11,226 nucleotides of DNA from Candidatus Undinarchaeales archaeon (GTDB lineage Archaea; SpSt-1190; JASMDC01): assembly GCA_030753015.1 (NCBI GenBank), contig JASMDC010000067.1, positions 1 to 11,226 of the forward strand, given 5' to 3'. The notes beneath the pieces were generated by a model. That model was not told the origin of the DNA. It was given only the letters and a program-made list of their open reading frames with translations, and did not search any database. How positions within the stretch are numbered: position 1 is the first letter of the stretch; each line of letters begins with the position of its first letter. Position numbers and translations under genes: made by a program. This document shows positions 6,116 to 11,226 of this stretch, piece by piece.

Positions 6116-8707
6116 ATGAGCAGGTGGAGCGCGGTCCCAGCAGGTATGGCCGTGATGGCATTCTGCCTTGTCCTGACACTCACCCAGGGCCAGTACCTGG
6201 GCGACCGGGCATTCCCCACCTATATGATCTCACAGGTGGGCCGGTGCGCCCCAATGAACTGCGCTCGCTGGGATTGCACCGAGAACCGGATATATATTGA
6301 GGGATTATTCGGCAGGGACCAGGAGACCTGCGACACCTGGGAGTGCGTCACGTGGAACGATGAGCTCTGTGATAAGTGGAACTGCACTAGCCTGGACCTT
6401 CCCAAGGACCGCTATCACGAGACCTGCGATGTCTACTCCTGCACGTCCTGGAAAGGCGAAGTGTGCGACAAGTGGGACTGTACAAAGGTCGATATGCCTG
6501 CAGGGAACGACAAGGAGACCTGTGATATCTACGAATGTACCCTCTGGAACGAGGACCAATGTCGGTCCTGGGACTGCACGGACGGGGACATCCCCTCCAG
6601 CGATGACCTCTCATCCTGCGACACTATGAACTGCACATCGTGGTTCGACGACGTGTGCCGTATCTGGGACTGTACGGCAGGGGACATTCCAGCCTCCAAT
6701 GACCGGGAGGTCTGCTATCGCTACCAGTGCGTGGCATGGCGGGGGCGGGTGTGCGCGGCATGGGACTGCGTGGAGGACCCGTTCTTCGTGGGAATGACAC
6801 GCAGCGAGACGTGCTTCTCCTGGGACTGCGCGAGCTGGAACGTCACCACACTCCCCGAGGAGTGCGGGTGCTCCAAGAACACCGATTGTGACTCTGGATG
6901 CTGCGCCTGGGACGTCTGCTCTCCCGCCGGCGCCGACGGGGATGGTGACGAGCAGACCTGCCAATGCCGGAACGGCGGCTGGTACGAAGGGAAGTGCTGC
7001 GGTGATGACTTCCTCGAGTCCTGGTGCGGCCTCACCGGACACTGCCAGGAGGGCAATTGGATCGAGGGCGCAGGATCCTTCTGCGAGACGTGCCGGAACG
7101 GTGTCTATCTCGAGGGTGCCTGCTGTACCGCCGGAGAATCGTTCTGCTACGCGGGCGGCCGATGCGAGGATGGGAGTATGAAGCCGGTCTGCGAGGGATG
7201 CGATTCGTGTGCAGGAGGTCGCTGCGAGGTAGTGTGCGATGGGACGACCTGTCCCCAGGGGGACGAGACCTGGTGCGAGCGGTGCGCCAATACTGACGGC
7301 GACGCAGATGAGTTCGCATGCACGTGCAAGAAGGGCGTGTGGCATGAGGGTCGCTGCTGTGGCGACGACACCATCGACGAATGGACCGGTGAGAAGGGTC
7401 GGTGCACACGTGGACAGTGGCGGAAAGGCAAGCCTCGTGTCAACACGACCGAGGTGAAGGCCCTCGAGTCCGCCGAATCGTGCGGGGACATGACGGGCCG
7501 GGAACTGAACGATTGCCTCCTCAAGGTGGCGGACGAGCTCTCGCTCTGGGATCCCATCGACGGCGCCACCGCCTGTGAGATGATCCTCGACGACGATGAG
7601 CTGCGGTACTCGTGCTTCGAGATGGTGCTCGCACGCACCGATGGTGTTGACCGGCTATCCGTGATGATCAGGCACCGTCCTATTCGGGTGCTCATCTGGC
7701 CGTTCCTGATGCTGTTTGTCGTCGCGCTCTGGGTGACGACAGTCTACAGTAAGAAAGGGAAGAAGAAGTATGTCGCCTACGAGGAGTCGAAGCCAAAGGA
7801 CCTCTCGGACACCCAGTTCGAGACCGAGGGCCTGGCGGAGGCTCTGGAGCACCTCTACAAGAACCTTAACATCCCTGACGTGCTGGAGTACGGCCAGAGC
7901 CGCCACATCGAGCAGTACATCGTCACCGACTTCCTGAATAACGAGGAATCGGTCATGGCTCTGAAGAAGGGGATGACGAAGGAGGAGTTCGATGACGTCG
8001 TCACACCGCGTCTCTATATGATGATGGGCAACGTCCACTTCATGCTCGGGGACTTCCAGGCCGCCAGGAAGCGCTACGAGCGCGGTATCGTCATGGACAG
8101 GACCAATGTCGCCCTCTGGAACAACATCGGGCTTGCTTTCCACCACATCGGTGACGAGGACAAGGCCGAGAAGGCGCTCAAGAAGGCCAAGGGGATCTCG
8201 CCTGAGGACAAGGTGGTGCTGCTCAACCTCGGGAAGCTCTATGGGACCCGGGCCTATATCCAGCGGACGGGCGGTTCGTGGCCCGCACAGACGGCCAAGA
8301 TGCCGGAGGGCATGCGGGATTATCGGAGCATGTCCTGGGACTATGGTCGCTATTCCAAGTCAGCGAACTGGGGCAGCCCACCCAAGTGGCGCGAGGAGTA
8401 CCTTGAGAAGGAGCAGACATCGCTCTACGACCGTCAGGTCGAGCTCTACTCGAAGGTGCTGGAGAAGGAGCCGAACAACGTGGAGGCCATCGTGAACCTC
8501 GGTATCGCCTATCGTCATAAGGGCATGATTGACCAGGCCCTCTATCACCTCGAACGGGTCGTCGCACTCCAACCGAAGAACACAGTAGCGCTATACGAGC
8601 TCGCCCGGGTCAGCGAGGAGCAGGGTGAAACCAAGAAAATGGTCGAGTACTACCGCCGGTGTCGGGACAACATCCATCTGGAACGCCCTTCTGGACCGGA
8701 CAAGTAG
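6116..8707 (+). CDS. Single-pass membrane protein (863 aa): Cys-rich repeat ectodomain, TM helix, cytoplasmic TPR domain
   Basis: Signal peptide MSRWSAVPAGMAVMAFCLVLTLTQG-Q. Cys/Trp repeats, then TM IRVLIWPFLMLFVVALWVTTVY (about 7682-7747) followed by SKKGKKK. TPR-consensus units (ALWNNIGLAF..IGD.DKA.KAL.KA..ISPED; AIVNLGIAY..KG..DQAL..LERVV.LQPKN) at about 8012-8662. ATG 6116 preferred over 6056 because of the TATA position and signal peptide. Confidence 0.9.
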   Translation: MSRWSAVPAGMAVMAFCLVLTLTQGQYLGDRAFPTYMISQVGRCAPMNCARWDCTENRIYIEGLFGRDQETCDTWECVTWNDELCDKWNCTSLDLPKDRYHETCDVYSCTSWKGEVCDKWDCTKVDMPAGNDKETCDIYECTLWNEDQCRSWDCTDGDIPSSDDLSSCDTMNCTSWFDDVCRIWDCTAGDIPASNDREVCYRYQCVAWRGRVCAAWDCVEDPFFVGMTRSETCFSWDCASWNVTTLPEECGCSKNTDCDSGCCAWDVCSPAGADGDGDEQTCQCRNGGWYEGKCCGDDFLESWCGLTGHCQEGNWIEGAGSFCETCRNGVYLEGACCTAGESFCYAGGRCEDGSMKPVCEGCDSCAGGRCEVVCDGTTCPQGDETWCERCANTDGDADEFACTCKKGVWHEGRCCGDDTIDEWTGEKGRCTRGQWRKGKPRVNTTEVKALESAESCGDMTGRELNDCLLKVADELSLWDPIDGATACEMILDDDELRYSCFEMVLARTDGVDRLSVMIRHRPIRVLIWPFLMLFVVALWVTTVYSKKGKKKYVAYEESKPKDLSDTQFETEGLAEALEHLYKNLNIPDVLEYGQSRHIEQYIVTDFLNNEESVMALKKGMTKEEFDDVVTPRLYMMMGNVHFMLGDFQAARKRYERGIVMDRTNVALWNNIGLAFHHIGDEDKAEKALKKAKGISPEDKVVLLNLGKLYGTRAYIQRTGGSWPAQTAKMPEGMRDYRSMSWDYGRYSKSANWGSPPKWREEYLEKEQTSLYDRQVELYSKVLEKEPNNVEAIVNLGIAYRHKGMIDQALYHLERVVALQPKNTVALYELARVSEEQGETKKMVEYYRRCRDNIHLERPSGPDK
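6320..6841 (+). repeat. Five full and one partial 32-aa Cys/Trp repeats
   Basis: Pattern ETC-x4-C-x2-W-x4-C-x2-W-[DN]-CT-x2-D-h-P, e.g. QETCDTWECVTWNDELCDKWNCTSLDLPKDRY / HETCDVYSCTSWKGEVCDKWDCTKVDMPAGND. Confidence 0.9.
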
Positions 8708-8728
8708 AGCTGAAGACACCTCAGTTCC

Positions 8729-8740
8729 ATATTTAAAGGA
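8729..8740 (+). promoter_or_regulatory. TATA-like box for the Lsm-like gene
   Basis: ATATTTAAAGGA, with TTTAAA at 8732-8737, 26 nt before ATG 8764. Confidence 0.5.
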
Positions 8741-8763
8741 TAATATCATACTCGGCCTTCATC

Positions 8764-9081
8764 ATGGGTGAAACCATCAACTGGGGGGACCCGGTGAAGA
8801 AGGAGCGGTCGTACGATGACCGCCGTAGTGGTGGAGGCCGCCGTTTCGACCGCGGCTCGCGGGACAGGGACAGAGGCCCGTCCATGCCCATGCCCATCAA
8901 CTTCCTCGCGAACATGCTGGACACCAAAGTGACCCTCATCCACTGGATGGGTAACGAGCTCAGTGAGACCGAGGGACGGCTCAAAGCCCTCGATGGCAGT
9001 GGCAACACGGTCCTCGAGGTCGACGGCAAGCTCACTTGGTACCGCGGCGCTACTGTCCAGCGCATCGAGTTCAAAGAATAG
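8764..9081 (+). CDS. Sm/Lsm-like RNA-binding protein with Arg/Gly/Asp-rich N-terminal extension (105 aa)
   Basis: PINFLANMLDTKVTL...EGRLKALDGSGNTVL matches the Sm1 pattern (P..LL...L.K.V.V...G.L..FD...N.VL); TWYRGATVQRI matches Sm2 (hhRG..h..I). Confidence 0.75.
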   Translation: MGETINWGDPVKKERSYDDRRSGGGRRFDRGSRDRDRGPSMPMPINFLANMLDTKVTLIHWMGNELSETEGRLKALDGSGNTVLEVDGKLTWYRGATVQRIEFKE

Positions 9082-9168
9082 ACCCTCCGGCAGGCCCCCC
9101 AACAGGAAACGGTGACGTGTTGGAGCGACAGCGATCAACCGCGTCATCCTTCGTATCTCTTGGCTCGG

Positions 9169-9185
9169 GGAAAAACGTATTAACC
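9169..9185 (+). promoter_or_regulatory. BRE/TATA-like element upstream of the permease
   Basis: GGAAAAACG-TATTAACC about 32-48 nt before TTG 9217. Confidence 0.4.
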
Positions 9186-9216
9186 TATACCGCGTCCTCA
9201 TGCGCGGCGAGATTAT

Positions 9217-10518
9217 TTGGGGTTCGAGCTTTCCTTTATCGTGCCGCTTGCAATCGTCATCGCGACCTACGGCTTCATCGCGTTCGACCTCATGCATAGG
9301 ACCGTAGCTGCCCTCCTGGGCGCGCTCCTCCTCGTCAACCTGGGCTACATGGCGCCCGATGTCGCGCTAGCCAAGGTGAACATGGACACGATCCTCCTCC
9401 TGTTGGGGATGATGCTCATCCTATCGGTCGTTGAGAAGGTGGGTTTCTTCGAGTTGTTGACCTTGCGTGTCCTCTCTCTATCGGGGAGAAGCCTCTGGCG
9501 GTTACTCGTGGTGCTCGTGGTCACCACGGCGGTCCTCTCGGCCTTCCTTGACAACGTGACCACTGTCATGCTCCTCTGTCCCGTAGTGCTGGAGATAACC
9601 CTGCTCATGGACATCAATCCCATGCCCTTCCTCCTAGCCATGGCCTTCGCCTCGAACATCGGGGGGACGGCGACGCTCATAGGTGACCCCCCGAACATCA
9701 TGATCGGTACCGCCACTGACTTCTCCTTTATGGAGTTCATGGTGAACCTGGGACCGATCGTCGCGCTCAACGTCGTTGTTCTATTAGGCTACATCTGGTA
9801 CGTGTTCCGCGATCAGATACCCGATGAGGAGATCGGTCCCGAATGCATTCGCGAATGCAAGCGTCGCTTTAGGCGACGGGATACATCGAAGCTCAACCGG
9901 TGCTTGATCATCTTCATTATCACTCTCGTGGCCTTCATGTTCCACGAGGAGCTCCACCTCAAGTCCTACCTCGTGGCCCTGAGCGGGGGCACGGCGCTTC
10001 TCCTCCTCACGAAGATCAGGCCAGAGCAGGCCATGCGCGATATCGAGTGGAGCACATTGGTATTCTTCGCAGGGCTGTTCGTCGTGGTCGGAGCGTTGGA
10101 GGAGATAGGGCTCTCTGATGCGCTCGCGGGAGGGCTTTTACAATTGACCGAAGAGGCACGGAACCAGCTTCAGATGGGACTTTCGACGGAATCTGTCCTC
10201 ATCCCCTTCATCATCGGGATAGGCGGAGTGCTCTCCGGCCTCCTGGGTGCCATCCCGAACACGGCGGCCATGATCCCCGTCATCGACTCATTGCACACGA
10301 CGCTGGGGAACGACGGACTCTGGTGGGCGCTCTCGCTCGGGGCATGCTTCGGGGGCAACGCCACCCTCATCGGGACCTCAGCGAACGTCGTGGTAGCGGG
10401 CCTCTCCGAGAGAGAGGGCTACCCCGTCTCGTTCAGGGCGTTCATGAAATACGGCATCCCGCTCACCATACTCACGCTCACCACTTCAATGATCTATGTG
10501 AACCTGCTCTATACATGA
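9217..10518 (+). CDS. ArsB/NhaD-superfamily (P-protein-like) ion/anion permease, 433 aa
   Basis: Many hydrophobic helices; family motifs HRTVAALLGA, TILLLLGMM, SAFLDNVTTV, ASNIGGTATLIGDPPNIMIG, EWSTLVFFAGLF, LWWALSLGACFGGNATLIGTSANVV. TTG start. Substrate cannot be read from the sequence. Confidence 0.92.
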   Translation: MGFELSFIVPLAIVIATYGFIAFDLMHRTVAALLGALLLVNLGYMAPDVALAKVNMDTILLLLGMMLILSVVEKVGFFELLTLRVLSLSGRSLWRLLVVLVVTTAVLSAFLDNVTTVMLLCPVVLEITLLMDINPMPFLLAMAFASNIGGTATLIGDPPNIMIGTATDFSFMEFMVNLGPIVALNVVVLLGYIWYVFRDQIPDEEIGPECIRECKRRFRRRDTSKLNRCLIIFIITLVAFMFHEELHLKSYLVALSGGTALLLLTKIRPEQAMRDIEWSTLVFFAGLFVVVGALEEIGLSDALAGGLLQLTEEARNQLQMGLSTESVLIPFIIGIGGVLSGLLGAIPNTAAMIPVIDSLHTTLGNDGLWWALSLGACFGGNATLIGTSANVVVAGLSEREGYPVSFRAFMKYGIPLTILTLTTSMIYVNLLYT

Positions 10519-10568
10519 GGGACCATTATCATGCTCACTGATAACAAAGGATCTGAGGGAGAAACGCC

Positions 10569-11045
10569 ATGCCGCACAACGTGACACGGATACTCTGTTT
10601 AATCACCGGGGACATGGTCTCACGTCGGGCCGAGGACTGGGCCGTGTTCCTTGCCAAGCATATGGGGGCCAAGATCGAGTTCTTCCACGTGGTGGACGAC
10701 GAATTCCTGGACGGGCTACCAACGCCCATCGACATGCACCGGGAGGTGGACGATGAGCTGGATCATCTCACGCGCACCACAACCAGCAAGCTCAAGAAAA
10801 AGTTGCGGGGCACCGGTGTCGCCTACGAGATCATCGTTCGCCACGGCTCTTCGGAGACCGAGATCGTCAAGGAGTGCAAGGAGCGGAAGCCCGATCTGAT
10901 CATCATGCCGTACGAACCTCGCGGGATGCTAGGATTCCTCCTCACAAAGGGAATAGGACATGGACGTGTCATCGACGACGCCTGCTGCCCAGTTCTCGTC
11001 GTGAAGGGCGAGCCCGATGCTTGCTCCTGGGACACAACTGGTTAG
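10569..11045 (+). CDS. Universal stress protein (UspA family), 158 aa
   Basis: RILC.......S.RA..WA..LAK..GAKI.FFHVVD; G....EIV........DLIIM; ends with VI..A.CPVLVVK. GAGGGAG RBS upstream. Confidence 0.88.
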   Translation: MPHNVTRILCLITGDMVSRRAEDWAVFLAKHMGAKIEFFHVVDDEFLDGLPTPIDMHREVDDELDHLTRTTTSKLKKKLRGTGVAYEIIVRHGSSETEIVKECKERKPDLIIMPYEPRGMLGFLLTKGIGHGRVIDDACCPVLVVKGEPDACSWDTTG

Positions 11046-11150
11046 TACGCTTCGGGAACGGTCGTCACCCGGTCGCCAATCTGACGCAGGTATGCGCCAA
11101 TAGTGGCAAACGGTGCCGCGTCGCGGACACGGTTTCCCCGTATCCGTAAG

Positions 11151-11226
11151 TGTAGAGTCCTGAAATTATTTCGTCGGGGCGCTTCGCCTCGGGATTGTGC
11201 TGTGACGAAGCTCAACGACAAGAAGA
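11151..11226 (+). mobile_element. Possible left end of an IS481-like element with transposase start at GTG 11202 (truncated by window)
   Basis: Begins TGT (TGTAGAGTCCTGAAATTATTTC), the terminal trinucleotide of IS481 elements. Open frame MTKLNDKK.. resembles, from memory, the KLN.KKI.WII start of archaeal IS481-type transposases. Only 8 codons are visible. Confidence 0.35.

Noticed and set aside
6320-7420. Multiheme cytochrome or Fe-S protein
   Set aside because: No CxxCH motifs and no ferredoxin CxxCxxC pattern; an exported Cys-rich region fits disulfides better.
5489-9081. Functional link between the omega-RNA relic and the Lsm-like gene
   Set aside because: They are 3 kb apart, on opposite strands and separated by an unrelated gene; nothing in the sequence connects them.
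9082-9216. Riboswitch or ncRNA upstream of the permease
   Set aside because: Only a weak CCAACA/TGTTGG pairing; no consensus I recognise (e.g. fluoride riboswitch).

Overview
GC-rich window whose signals suggest an archaeon: TATA-like boxes about 25-30 nt before apparently leaderless ATGs, GGAGGTG/GAGGT ribosome-binding sites, ..AGC lipoboxes and an Sm/Lsm-fold gene. All intact genes are on the + strand. The left half is a cell-surface cluster: the 3' end of a Cys/Asp-rich repeat protein; a 73-aa acidic lipoprotein gene split by a complete IS1634-family element (610-2621, terminal inverted repeats plus a 5-bp TCAGT target duplication); a 703-aa secreted protein with 13 tandem 18-aa repeats; and a second acidic lipoprotein. 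The apparently empty stretch at 5.5-6.1 kb is a decayed, internally deleted IS200/IS605 tnpB element on the minus strand that still has a recognisable right-end hairpin and omega-RNA region. Next come a receptor-like single-pass membrane protein (Cys/Trp-repeat ectodomain, TM helix, cytoplasmic TPRs), an Lsm-like protein with an Arg/Gly/Asp-rich N-terminal tail, an ArsB/NhaD-superfamily permease and a universal stress protein. A further IS may start at the right edge. All calls come from reading motifs by eye; no database searches were run.
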